Position numbers and translations under genes: made by a program
Assembly (NCBI GenBank): GCA_036172245.1
Contig: JAYWIR010000009.1
Location: forward strand, 3,100,001-3,164,000
Source of the DNA: Raillietiella orientalis
Taxonomy: Eukaryota
DNA length: 64,000 bases
Direction of reading: 5' to 3'
Part shown: positions 1 through 11,720 of the stretch, piece after piece
How positions within the stretch are numbered: position 1 is the stretch's first letter
How the letters are laid out: each line of letters starts with the position of its first letter
The notes under the pieces: generated by a model
What the model was told of the DNA's origin: nothing
What the model saw: only the letters and a program-made list of their open reading frames with translations
Database searches by the model: none

Positions 1-1187
1 TCCTGTTCGACGCTCGCCATTTCCTGCAAAAATCCTAACGTGGAAAAACCGCAGTTGTTTTGCAATCTTCTTTTTTTTCTCTCTCTCTCTTTTACCTCTC
101 TCTCTCTCTCTCCTCCCTCCCCCCCTCTTCCCCCCCCCCTTCGTGAGTTTCGAGCGTGGAACATAGCTGGCGAACGTGTGCACGGTCACGTTTACATACG
201 TGTGTGCGTGCGTGCAGGTTTTTATTTATTCACTTACGTATGTATGTATGTATGTATTTATCCCTCTCCTCCCCTCCCCCCTTCGCCCCTCTTTTTTTTT
301 TTTTTTTTTTTCGCACGATGCCGCGGTTGTCATGGTAATAACGAGCATGCGGGCATTTTTGCAACCCACGGCGGTTCCGCAAATGCGCGAGTCACATGGT
401 GTCATCCCGACGTCCGTGTCACAAGGCTGGGAAATTTTTCCATCCTCACGGTGGTCTGTGAAAAAAAAAAGGTGATTCCCGCTGCATCCCGAAGCCAAGT
501 ATCCTGCTCCCCAGGGGAACCTCACGAGCAGCAGCGGGTTTGCTTCCCTTTTTTTTTTGAGCGTGAGTGTGTGTGTGTGTGTGTATGTGTGTGTGTCCCT
601 ACTCGCGTACTGCTGATTTCCCGTTCCCCTTCCCCCCTTTTTTTTCCCTCCTTTAACATTACACATGACGTAACACGTACACTGCATGAACGTGTTTTTT
701 CGTCTCTCCTTTTTCCCTTTAATGGGGGAGGGAGGGGCCTCTGCTGGAGATGCAACGTGCACGTACGAGAAAGAACCGGAATTCGCGCGGCGGAGGCGAC
801 GTGGGGGTGATGGGGGGGGGGGAGGAAGGCGTGGGGAGGAGGCACCGGGGCGCACCGTGCCCGGCCCGCGGCACTCGTAAACGGAAACGTTCGGCAAGAC
901 GGAGGGGCGACGGGGGGCAAAGGGGGGGGGGAGGTGAAAGAAAAGGAAGAAGAAAAAAAAAAACGGCAAACAAAACAACGCAAAAGAGAAGGGCGGCCCT
1001 ACGAAAGGAATGCACTGCAAAGTGAGCCCACGGCCGGCGCATGCGAAGACGCGCGCACAGAGAGACCGATAATTCGGAGGGATGCCAAAGAGGGAGGGAG
1101 GGAGCGTGAGAGAGAGAGAGAGAGAGAAGGAGAAACGGAAAAAGGCAGGCGGGAAAAAGGCAAACGAAGAGACCAACGCATACTCAC

Positions 1188-1205
1188 CTGTTGCGAAGTC
1201 AGCAT
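1188..1205 (-). CDS. Putative first coding exon (MLTSQQ) of an unidentified gene continuing left of the window
   Basis: Minus strand GCTAAG ATG CTG ACT TCG CAA CAG|GTGAGTA: ATG with A at -3 and a perfect consensus donor. It lies at the downstream edge of a CpG island and is followed by intron-like pyrimidine tracts and microsatellites. Confidence 0.45.
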
Positions 1206-1229
1206 CTTAGCCGAGAGCACTCATGGCTG

Positions 1230-2330
1230 GCGCCACTTTTTCCGCAGCGTGGAACGCGCGCTCGCTCCGCTCCGTACGCCCAGCCAGATCTGACCTGGCC
1301 TCGCTGTCGTTTCGAATCATGTGCTCCGGTACCTTCCCCACGCGCACAGGCGCTCATTGGCAGACACACACGGCATAGCGCGCGCGAGGAGGAGAGAAAT
1401 GGAACGAGCGAGAGGGAGGAGGGATGCAAGACTGGCGGCGGCGGCTGCGGAGCTCGCCCGAGTCGCCGCGTGACCCCGAAGCCTTCGGCTGTGACGAAGC
1501 GCGCGCCGCCGCCGCCGCCGCCGTGCAGGCCGCCGCGGCCAGCGTTTTTTTTCTCTTCCTTCCTCCTCCTCCGCCTTCTTCTTTCGTTGTTCCCTCTCTC
1601 TCTTTCTCTCTCTCCCTCTCCCTCTTCTCTCCTTTTTCTGCCGGGGGTGCGGGCGCGAGGGTGGGTTCCGGCAGGGACGGGAGCGGGGAGGACGCGGAGG
1701 GCTGCGGGCACGGCCCCCTCTTCCTGACGACGCTCGTCCAGCCGTGTGATCCCAACGCACGTCCCGGCCCGCCGCTCGACGCGTTTTTCTCTCCTCTCCC
1801 GGCCGTTTCGTCTTCGCCAGCGTGGTGCGTGAGCGCGCGCGTGCGTCGCGTTGCGTCACCGGCGGCGACGCATGTCGCAACGAGAGCGATGTATATCTCC
1901 GGGGATGGCCCGAAGTCTGCTCCCCTCCCCTTCTCCTCCCCTCCCTGCTCTTCCTCCTCCTCCCCGCCACCACAGCGGCCACCCCGCGCTCCCGCCGGTT
2001 TCGGTCTTCTCACGCGAAGTGCGCGGGAAGCGGCGCGCGTCTCCTCCACGTTGTCTTTTTGTTGTCGCCCGTTGTTGCTGCTTTTTGCCTTCGCCCTCGC
2101 CTCGCGCGCGCGCGCGCGCGCGCGCGCATGCGCACCCCCGCTCGAGGGAAGCTTCGCGCGTTGATGGGGGGGGGGAGCCCGGGCTCCTCCGCGCGTGCGC
2201 GCCTCGCTCCAGGGCCTCGAAAGGAGCACGCGAGATCCGTGACTGACCCGGATTCCCCCCTCCCCTCCCCGCTCCCCCCGTATGCCTCCGCGCCCGCGCG
2301 CGTCGCGGGGCCCTGCGCTGCAGAAAACGT
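1230..2330 (-). promoter_or_regulatory. CpG-island-like promoter / 5' UTR region of the putative minus-strand gene
   Basis: Very high GC/CpG content, (GCC)n at 1505-1523, (CG)12 at 2103-2126 and GA/CT tracts. No TE motifs recognised. Lies directly upstream of the candidate first exon. Confidence 0.4.
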
Positions 2331-2699
2331 GCGTACACCTCGACACCGGGAGCGAGCGCGGGGTTCCTCCGGGAATGTCGGGGAGAGGGCAGGAAAGAAC
2401 GCCTTCCCGGTGCCCCTGGAAGGGAAGAGGGGTTCCTGGGTTCCTTGCTCTCGACTTCTGGGGAGCAGGATGCGACTTCGTGCCTCCCTCGACAGGGGGG
2501 GGTGGGCAGGGGAAAGCGAAGAAGCAGAGAGCCAAGAATGGTCCCCTGGGCAGGCCATTCCAGGGGGAAAATCGGGATGCAGAGAGACCCCTCCGGGCAG
2601 GCCCTCCGAGAGGGAAAGCGCGGTGCTGCAAGGGAGACACCCCCCCTCAGAACCCACTGGCGACCTGGTGTCCTTCCGGGAGGTCGCGTGGGTTGCCCC

Positions 2700-3900
2700 C
2701 AACCTGCAGTCCGCCCACCTGCGGCTCAACAGCTTCGCTGCTTCCCCGCCAGAGCGACGGAGTCGCGGTCCCCGGCAGGTCAGGAAGGGAGGAGGACTGG
2801 GTTTGTGTGCGTGTGCTGGCCACTTGACGACCGGACTTTTCCTGGGAAGTCAGCCGCACAGTAGCCTGAAGGGCGGGCTCGGCCCTCGAGAAGGCCGGGG
2901 GGTGGAATCGACCCACGTTGTTCGCCCGGCAGCTCTGGGGTTCTGCGCTGCGGCAAGGAAGCAGAGAAAGCCGAGTGGAGCAGGGGGGAGTAGAAAGGGG
3001 TAGCCGGGCGTCCTCCTCTTTCCTGTTTCTGGGGTCGGGCAAGGCCACCGTGCCTTCCTCTGCGGCGGCTGCTACGTCACGAAGATGGCCAGCGGGAGGG
3101 CTGGCGACATGGGGAGTGGCAAGATGGCAGGAGACTGCGCGCCCCATTCCCGCCCAGCTCGCGTCGCGGGGGCGCTCCAGTTCCCGCGGCGGGGTCGTCT
3201 GAGCAACGTCTCCGGCGCTAGCTTGCGCCGGACCTTCCTCGCAGCTCCTCAACTGCTCGCTGGTGCGGAGATAAGGAGGGGGTGAGGAAAAGGAGGAGGA
3301 AGAGAGCACCCGCAACGAGTCGTCCCGAAGAGCCGTCCAGCCTCCGGAAGTTTCCAAACTTGGATTTCAGACTCCAGGGACCCTCTCGAAATCACCCTCA
3401 CAACATTCTTCGCTCCCCAGGTCCTTTTCTCGCGGGAGCCAACAGGATGGCACCCTCGTTGTTGCGCGGCTCCTCAAGCGCTCGTCCTCCGGACCTCCTC
3501 TTCATTCCGTCATTCGCCCTCGCTTCGCTTCCTCTTCCGCTTCACCCTCCCTCTTGCCCCGCTGCAGGCCCTTCGGGTAGTTCCCGAGCTCTTGTGTCCG
3601 TCCGACAGTCGTCCCGGCTTCCCAGTCGCAGCAGACGTGGGGACGCGCTGCTGCCTTCCCCAGCCCCGACCCCCTGTAGCTCTCCCGGGCGGCTTCCTGC
3701 CCCCGGTTCGTCCGGAGTCCCCAACTTCACGGCGGATGAGGTCGTTGCCCATGCGGCTGCGGACCGATGCGGACCCTTCTCCCGGGTTCCTTTCGATTTC
3801 TCCCGCTTCCAGAGGGAAGAAGGAAAAAATCCCTTGTCTTTGACTGTCGCGGGGGATCCGCGGCAGCTCTACTCCGGCGGTCGCCTCCGCGCAAAGCTCT
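2700..3900 (-). mobile_element. Degenerate L1/Tx1-like LINE ORF2 fragment (endonuclease-RT linker)
   Basis: Minus strand near 3400-3460 reads EGAILLAP...GER, resembling the L1/Tx1 'GA.IRSR.W...GEK' linker. Heavily frameshifted. Confidence 0.35.
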
Positions 3901-5229
3901 CCTTTCGAAAGCAAAGTGCAAGCGTCCTCTGGTCACTCTCGCGAGGGGAGGGGAGGGGGGGGGGAAGGAGAGGAAAGGGGAAGCCTGAACCTGCGTCCCC
4001 GTCCGTGCTCCGCGCGCGCACGAAGCAAAAACCGTTAGTGGCAGACTCGGCATGCGCTGCCACCTCGCACTGCACGCGGCGGAGTGATCCTCGATGTCCG
4101 AAGGGGCAAGCATTTGGGGGACGAGGGTAGCCCGCTTTTCCTTGGGCTTCCTTGTTTATGCTTTGTTTAGACGGAGGTGGGGGAAACAGGTGCGTGGCTT
4201 GGAAAAAGTTCCGGAATGCCGCTCTGCGTGCTCCCATCACGCGCGCCCCCCTCACCAGAATCACTTTTTTTTTTTTTACCCCAACTTTCGACCATGAGCA
4301 GAGATCGGTAGAAAAAATGGATGGTGCAGGGGGGACGTGAGTGAGTGTTTCGATCTTTCGCCCGATTTGTGAGCGAAAGATTGAAGCGGCGTAATCTGTA
4401 ACGAGAGCAGATTCATTAAGAACACACACAAACAAGGAAAGAAAACACACACGCGGTCGTCATGGAAAGCGTTCGCAACACACAGACGATCCTCGGGAAA
4501 CCGGGAAGCGGTCCCTGACCGACGCAGCAACACTTCACCGCTGGTGCATCTCTGCGAACAGAAACACCCAGCTCGCGTTTCGGAGCGAAGGCGGGGAGGC
4601 GATTAATTATCCCCAATTTATTCTGCAGGAGCAGCAGCACTCGGGAGCGATCCCGATAAAAAAAAAAAAAAGAAAAGAAAAAGCGCAAGCTCTTTCGGAC
4701 CCGTGCTGCTTGCCGCCTCTCCTTCCCACACCTCCACAAATCACGGAAGAAGACCTTGGTCCGGCGCGACTCGACCCCGCAGCGCCAGCGAAAGAGTCAC
4801 GGAAGCACAGATGGCTCGGGACCAGGAACCGCCGTGTCGCACTGTGGTTCCGAGCCAGTGGAACGCGAGTGTTCCGAAGCGCGCGCGCGCGCGTGTGTGT
4901 GTGGGGGGGGGGGGGGCATCCATCAGATTCACATCCGATTTTAGATTCCCATTAAACGGAATTAGAGAGCCTTTTGAGTCGAACCCACTATTTAATGGAG
5001 TGAGCAGTGTTTCGCGTCACTCGGAAAATCCTCTGATTGATCAAATCAGCTTTCCGCAAGGCTTCCGTACACTAAAAAACCGCTAAAAGGAATGCCTCTA
5101 TAAATGACGGATTGCATCCTACTAAAAGTTTGGCATTTTTCATCGTGATCCGCTGGAGAGGCTGGCGACGCCGTATCCGGAGGACGGAGTTTATGTTAAT
5201 TCTGAAGACCCCGTTTACGCGACAAGAAC

Positions 5230-5690
5230 GGAACTTGAAAATTCAGAGGCGCCGTTCTCGACGTGGGAAATGTGTGTTCTGATTATAGTGAATGCTGTTC
5301 CCACTGTGGCGCACCTGCCTGTCCTTCCTGTAGGAAGATTCCATTTCCAGATCTTCCATTTCAAGATCGCAGAACGTTTTACATTTCCACGTACGCTTCG
5401 CGGCGCTCTGACGAAGAAAGGCTGTACACGGGAAACGGATTGCAGCGTGCAAATCACTCGGTACGACGCTTCGCGTCATCTTCGTCACTTTTTGACCGTT
5501 GTCTGCCGAGGAGCCACGAGTTCTGCGCAGGAAGCGGGCGAAGAAGACTCACCTGCCCACCCGTCGTTGCCGACACGGTTCGCTCACCAACCAGGTGGTT
5601 TCGACAGGCGGTCCAATTTAGAATCATTCCAAGCTGGACGTCGGATCACATTAGTGTTTGGTGGCACGGTTTGCTTGGCCACTCGATTAC
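5230..5690 (-). mobile_element. Possible pogo/Tigger-like DDE transposase relic
   Basis: AT-richer segment. Minus strand near 5620-5675 reads VPPNT...QLGMI, resembling the DDE_1 'LPPNTT..LQP.D.GII' motif. Broken frame. Confidence 0.25.
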
Positions 5691-6679
5691 ACATTTGCTG
5701 GGGGGGGGGGGGGGGGGAAGTGGCTTTGTTTGGACTGCAGCTGTTGAACCTCTTCGTGGGTTAGCCTTCTTGCACCGGTGAAGATCCCCGAGGGGCTCCC
5801 AGACGTTTCCCGAAAATTCCCTAATGTTTTCCTGGGGTGGGTGCCAGCGTTTATCCTCCGTTTTCGGTGGTCCTTCTTTCCGCGAATGAGGTATTCTTCT
5901 TCGTAACTTGCAGATTTTGCAACTTCACTGCTTGCCTCATCACCTCTCTTGGAGGCGATCGACTCTTTTGTAATCCTCGAGGTGCTCGGAGGAAGAGTGA
6001 CAATCGCCTCTTTTTGCGTGTGCTCCTGTGTGTGCTTTACGTGAAAGCTCAAGGTTCGCAGGAACGCTTTCGGAATCCAAGCCTCTCGGCCTTTTGCAAC
6101 CCTGCAAAATCCAAAAAAGTCCTTCGTCGCGGAAAGATGTTCCATAATCAGCGTGTCTTTGCATTTGATCCCGCTACCCTATCCGACCTTTTCCTACTGT
6201 ATCCTCTATTGTCCTTTCCCGTGTTCTCAGTTTTCAGATATTTATCCCCACTTTTCCTTATCTTGACCCTTTTTCTATTTATTTACGTTAATTTTAAATC
6301 GACGGCACCGTTTTAAAGCAAAACTGTTTGAGTGTCTGCGTGGTCCGATTCTAAGGACGCCGTGACGATTTCAAGCCTCCCCCGTTTCAGGGGAGCTGCA
6401 ACGGAATGCTTCCGAAATCTTGCGGGCACGGACAACGCCACAGGTCCGCGAGATGCCTGCAAGAGATCCCAAACGCCGAAAAGCCCGGTGGGAGAGCGGA
6501 CTTCTTATCTCCATTGCAATCCGGATTCCTGGAAACTCTTTTGGAAAAGTGGACGGAAGCCGGCATGGATCGGGAAGGGCGCGAAGGAGGGCCCAATAGC
6601 ACGACGAAATCAAACGTGCTGGATTTCGTCAGGTCGCAGCAGCCCAAGTGCTGCTGCGTCCTTTCCCGTCGTTCTGTTG

Positions 6680-7010
6680 TTTCTTCCTGCTCCTCCTCTT
6701 CCCTTCCTCCCGCCTTTGCTTTCCTCCCTCCTCCTCTCTTCCTCCTCCTTCCTTCCCTCCTTCCCTCCCCCTTCCTTCGCTTTCCCCTCTCCTCCTCCTT
6801 CCTCTTCCTCCTCCTCGTCCTCTCTTCCTCTTCCTCTTTTTCCCTTTTTCCTCTTCCCTTCCTTGACTTCAACTTCCTTTTCCTCCTCTTCCTCCTCCCT
6901 TCTTCCTCTTCCTTTCCTCCTTTGCTTTCCCTCTTCCTTCTCTTCCTCTTTTTCCCTCCTTCCTCTTCCTTTCCTCCACTTCAACTTCCTCCTCCTCCTC
7001 CCTTCCTCAT
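6680..7010. repeat. Long polypyrimidine (CCT/CTT) low-complexity tract
   Basis: About 330 bp consisting almost entirely of C and T on the plus strand. Confidence 0.95.
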
Positions 7011-10000
7011 CCAAAGAGTTTCAACACCCCGCCCTCCTTCCAGTGGAAGGGTCAGTCACGTCTGGACCTCCTTCACTCTTTGCACTCTGCAATACTCGAG
7101 ATCCGAACGCTCGCAGGCCAGCGGCAAACTTGGCCGCTCCTTGCTGAAAGGTTTCTTTTTTTCTTCTCCTCACCAAACTGTTCGCAATTTCATCACGGCT
7201 TCCGGTGGATCATCCTTTTGTCCCGGAGGATTCGAACTGGCGATCGAGGAAGTGGCGGGATGAAAATTTCTCATCCTGCCACCATCCGAGGATTCGCTCT
7301 TCCGCCGGGGAAAAAAGCGCGGGAGCGAGGATGTAACTTTCCTGGTGCTCTACGGAGCCACACAGGGGAGACGGGAGAATCGACGGCGCGCGAGGTTGGC
7401 CTGACGCCACTGGAGGTGTGCCCAGGGGACTTCTGACCGCGGAAACGACGCGACGGCATCGCGTCGAGGATACTGCGGAAGGAGGCGGACGCTGCACCGG
7501 ATTCCAGAACAGTCGCAGCCGCTACGTCACTCCTTGCCGGGAGGGCGGTCGCCTTCCTCCTGGGAGGCTCGAGCACGCGTTGCTTTGCCCTTCTGTTACC
7601 CCAGGAAGGAAGAGCTGCCCAGGTCGGAGCTGCCCAATCCCCCACTCGAGAGTACTGCCACTCTTGAGGGGGACCCCCGAGGTGGCTCTGGCGTTGCCGG
7701 GATGCTCCTGGAGCCCGAACTTCGTCAGAACCAGCCCCCTCGCACGATTCCAGACGGACGAGTCTCGCGGTCCTCAGGATGGTCAGCCTCTCGAGAGACG
7801 AGGTCGTTCGGGGCTCGACCTTCCGAAACGGGGGATGCTTCTATGACGGCAGAGCAGAAAAAGGAGAGAAAGGAGAAAAGCGCCATCTGGACGAACCCCC
7901 CTCCTCTTCTTGCGCTTCGCGGAAAGGACCGCGCCGTCGCTTTGCGTCGCCACTGCTCGCGTTCCACAACTTCTCGAGCCGACCGCAAGAGGGGGGAGGG
8001 GGGGCTACGCCCACCGCCGGTTCTCCCTGCCGAGCGCTCGGCGGCGGCATCGCGGCTGCTTGCCGAGTCCGCTCTTCAACCTCGCTGAGGTCTTCCCGGC
8101 TTGTCGCCCGCGCCGCGCGCGAACCGTGCCCGGATGGCCCAGGCCCTGTAGGGCGCGCGGCCCTTGCCTCGCGTCTCACTGGGGATCGCGCGAGGTACGT
8201 CCCATCTCCCGCTCGCTAAGACCGTGGCGTCGTCGTCCTCGGATTCCATTTCCATGGAGGACAGGGGGACTGTGCTCGTCTCGTACCCTCCTTTCCCACT
8301 TTGATCTTAGACAAAAGGCCGAGAAGCGATTCCCCCCTTCTCCCCCCCCCCCCTCAACCATGCTTAGACGGCGGCGACGACTGCGTCCCCGGTTCGCGCA
8401 CGCGCGCGCGCGCGCTTTCGTAAGTTCTCCCTCCGCTGCCATCCGCCTGTCTAGCGCGACCTCTTCCCGCCTCCCTCACCGGCGGGCGAAAACGAAAGCG
8501 CTGCCGCTGCGTGCGAAGCGAGGAAACGCGCGCGCGGACGACGACGGCGTGAGCCGCTGTCCTCAGCGTCCGACCCGTCCAGCCGGACGGACGGAGAGCC
8601 GCCGCAGCGAGGAGGCTGAAGCAGAAAGACCGGCGGCAGCGGAGACGTGGAGAGTGCCTACCTGCCACCCTCCTGCCCGCCCGCCGGCAGGGTTCGCCCC
8701 CCCCCCCTTCCGGTCCAGCGGCACGAGGAACGGAGGCGAAGCGCGCGTGCGCGCGCAAGCCTCTCCCGGAAGACGGAAGAAACTCCTCCGGAAGCGTGCG
8801 ACTTACCCTCCGATCGATCCCTGCCGCCCGCCTCTGCGTCCGCTAGGGATCTTCGCGGAGCCCCCCGTCAGCGAGCAGCCGGGGACTCTCCGCGAGGGAG
8901 GGGGAAGGAAGGGGAACGCCGCCGCGCTTCCCTTCGCTCCCGTTCTCGCGTTCCCCCATCGATTTTCCCGCTCGCTCCCGCTCCGAAGCGCCGCCGCGGG
9001 ACGGCGGCGGCAGGAGCCAGTCGGGATGCGCGCGAACCCTCTCACTCTCCCCTCCCCCTGGGTCGTCTTAAAGAACGGAGGGGAGAGCCCGGGAGGCGAC
9101 CCTCCCCGCCGCTCGCAATGAAGGAGAGCGCGAGGGCAAGGAGGTCGCCTCTCGCCGCTTCCGGGGTGCTGGGGACCTCCTCCGGCCTAGCTCGCGCGCA
9201 CGCACGACTCCCCGTCGCTCAAAAGAGGTCGCGGCGGCGTGGAAGGGGCGGAAAAAAACAGCACGAGGGGGGGGCTGCCGCCCTCGCCGGAAGGGGCAGA
9301 GCGATGCCGCCGCCCTTGCGTCATTGTGTCGCCGCGACGGAAGCGCGCCGATTGTTGCGGGGAAGCGCGGGCGCGCGCATTGTTGCCGCGCGAAAGGGGG
9401 AGGAAAGGCACCGCAGGGCGGGCTCGCCTGAGCGAAGCACCTCTTCCGGGAAGGTGCCCTACGGCCTACCCACTGCCCACTGCTACTACAGGCTCTCTGG
9501 GCACTTCGGACTTCGGGACTGCCGCACCGCCGTGCCACCCGCGGACCCACGCTTTCCACCTGGCAACTGTCCTCCCGCGACGCTGCTCTGCTATTCGCCT
9601 CTCGCCGCCCCCGCCCACCCCCTCTCCACCCTTTCCTTCTCGCCGCGCCACCCCAACGGTCCGTCCGCTTGCCTCGGCTGCTCCCCCTCCACCGCTCGCG
9701 GTTTCCGTAGGAGGGGGAGAAATCGATACACGCGGCGGCGGCGGCGGCGGCGGAACTCGCACGGAGCCTTCCGAGAGGATACGAGGAGGGATGGAAAGCC
9801 AGGGAGAGGGGGAGGGGGGGGGCTTGGAAGCGAGCGCGAGGGGCGCGCGCGCGTCGGCGACCTCCCTCCGAGACGGGAGAAAGCGACCGTCGCGTCGCGG
9901 CAGCAGAGAGCGACGGACGTGCTCAAGGAGACGTGCTGGGAACCGCTGCGAGTCCAGGATGGGGGAGGGCAGGGGACTGCCCTTGCCGCCCAACTGGTTT

Positions 10001-10779
10001 CCCTGGCGAAGTCGACAACAGGAAAGCGCAGAAGAGGGATCAGACCCCCCCAAAAAAAGTCCTCTCGCGCGCACGAGGGACGCCCTTCCTGTTCGCGGGG
10101 GAACGGGAGAGGGAGGGGCCAACGCCGGGAAGTTCTCCGGAAGCTCCCGGATGTCACGAGCAAGCGAACAACGTTGCCGAGGCCCCTGGGATTCCTCGCG
10201 CGCGCGCGCCTGTTTTGAGCCGGCCGACCGGAGGAAATGGGGATGAACCTCACGGGGGTTCCTTCCCCAAGGGGAGAGGAAAGGGAGCGACCCTGATCGG
10301 GGGAGGTGGAACGGAAAATGGGAGACCTCTCTGAGGAGCGGCAGCAGCAACAACAACAGCAGTGCACGCACGCGAGAGGAGCGTCCGCGATAGCGAACGT
10401 GGCGCGACCTGCGGACGCCGTCGGAACGACGTGAGACTTCGCAAGGAGAGAGGGCGCCTCGGGGAAGCACTCGGGAGAAGGAGGGGGCGCTCCTCGTCGT
10501 GTTTGTCGTCGTCGCCGTCGCCCGAGGCGACGCGGCGTTCTGATTCTCCGTCTCCAGTGAGGGGGGGGGGGGGAAGGGCAGGTCCAAAGGCGAACGCGCC
10601 GCCGCCGGTGGCAGAGCAGTGCGCCTGCGCGCGGCAGCCCCGCACCACCACCTCCGCTGCAATCGGTTCGCGCGCGCGTGCGCTGCCTTCCGCCGCCCCG
10701 GGAGACCGTGGGCGAGCGCGTCAACGCTTCGTGAGCATAGAGCGCCCCCATCGCGTGGAGGTTGCGGAGGGTCCGCCCC

Positions 10780-11720
10780 GATGGTGAAAAGAGGGGCGGT
10801 GGAACGGTGCTTCGCACCTGTTCCGTGAGAAGTCTCTCTCAACCGCCTCAGCGGTCCACGCCCGGTGCTTCGGCCTCGGAGCGGGACGTGGCACCAGGAG
10901 CTCTTTTCGGGAGCGGCGGCAGTACCTCCCAGGAACCGGAATTCATCGGAGGCGGCGTACCATCGGTGGCAGATGGCAGCTCCTGCGTGACAAAGAAGTC
11001 GGGCGCCGTTGTCTACGTGGCCGCCAGTAACTCTCCCGTCGATCAGCCGTCTTCCCCAAGGCCCGCCGCACTCCCGAGGGAATGCCGAAAAGGAGGGATG
11101 GTGGAGCACTCCCTTGCCAACGAAGCGAGGAAGAAGGGGAGGAGGTGGGAGTGGGGGAGGAAACTCCGTGGTCCTCGCCCCCACCTCTTTGCCCATCGAA
11201 AGCCGCCCCTGTCTCTCCTCCTTATCGGGGCGCACTCCGGCGGCGTGCCGAAAGACCCCCGACCGGCTTGGCTGGCGTGGTCCGAGGCGCATCCAGCTGC
11301 GAAAGGACCGGAGAAGAGGACGCACTCCTCCGTCCTGCTTGCCACATCCGAAGAGTGGCCTCCAGGAAGCTGGTCGCTCAGATGACAGAGCGGGTGGTCC
11401 GAAGAAGGGGTAGGGGGTGCGGTGGAGAGCGTGACCCTCGCCGTTGGCCGCGGTTCGCTGGCCCTGTACGCGGAATCCGGACGGCGTCTCCGCGGCAACG
11501 AGCGAGTGGCTGCTGCCAGAGCTACGGCAGGAGCCACTCGCTGGTTCCAACAATGGACCGGATCGTTCTTTTCTTGCGGACGGTCCCATGTGACAGCGGC
11601 GACCTCCTGGACCACGCTCCCTCCTCCGCAAACGACCTCGCTGCTTGCTCGCCGTTGTTCCTGTCGCCAGCTGTTTCCCCGCACCCGCTCGCCCCTCTCC
11701 TGCAGGGTGCGAGAGCTCGC
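10780..11720 (-). mobile_element. Degenerate L1/Tx1-like reverse transcriptase fragment
   Basis: Minus strand has, in RT order, SFRSWMRL (F..WI.LLY-like), AGVRP (GVRQG-like) and EFRFLGG...SSW (KYLGV...NW-like). No intact YADD was seen. Confidence 0.45.

Noticed and set aside
4317..4345. Plus-strand ATG...AC|GTGAGT, and AA|GTAAGT at ~15111, as exon ends
   Set aside because: These are isolated donor-like hexamers with no supporting acceptor, ORF or homology.
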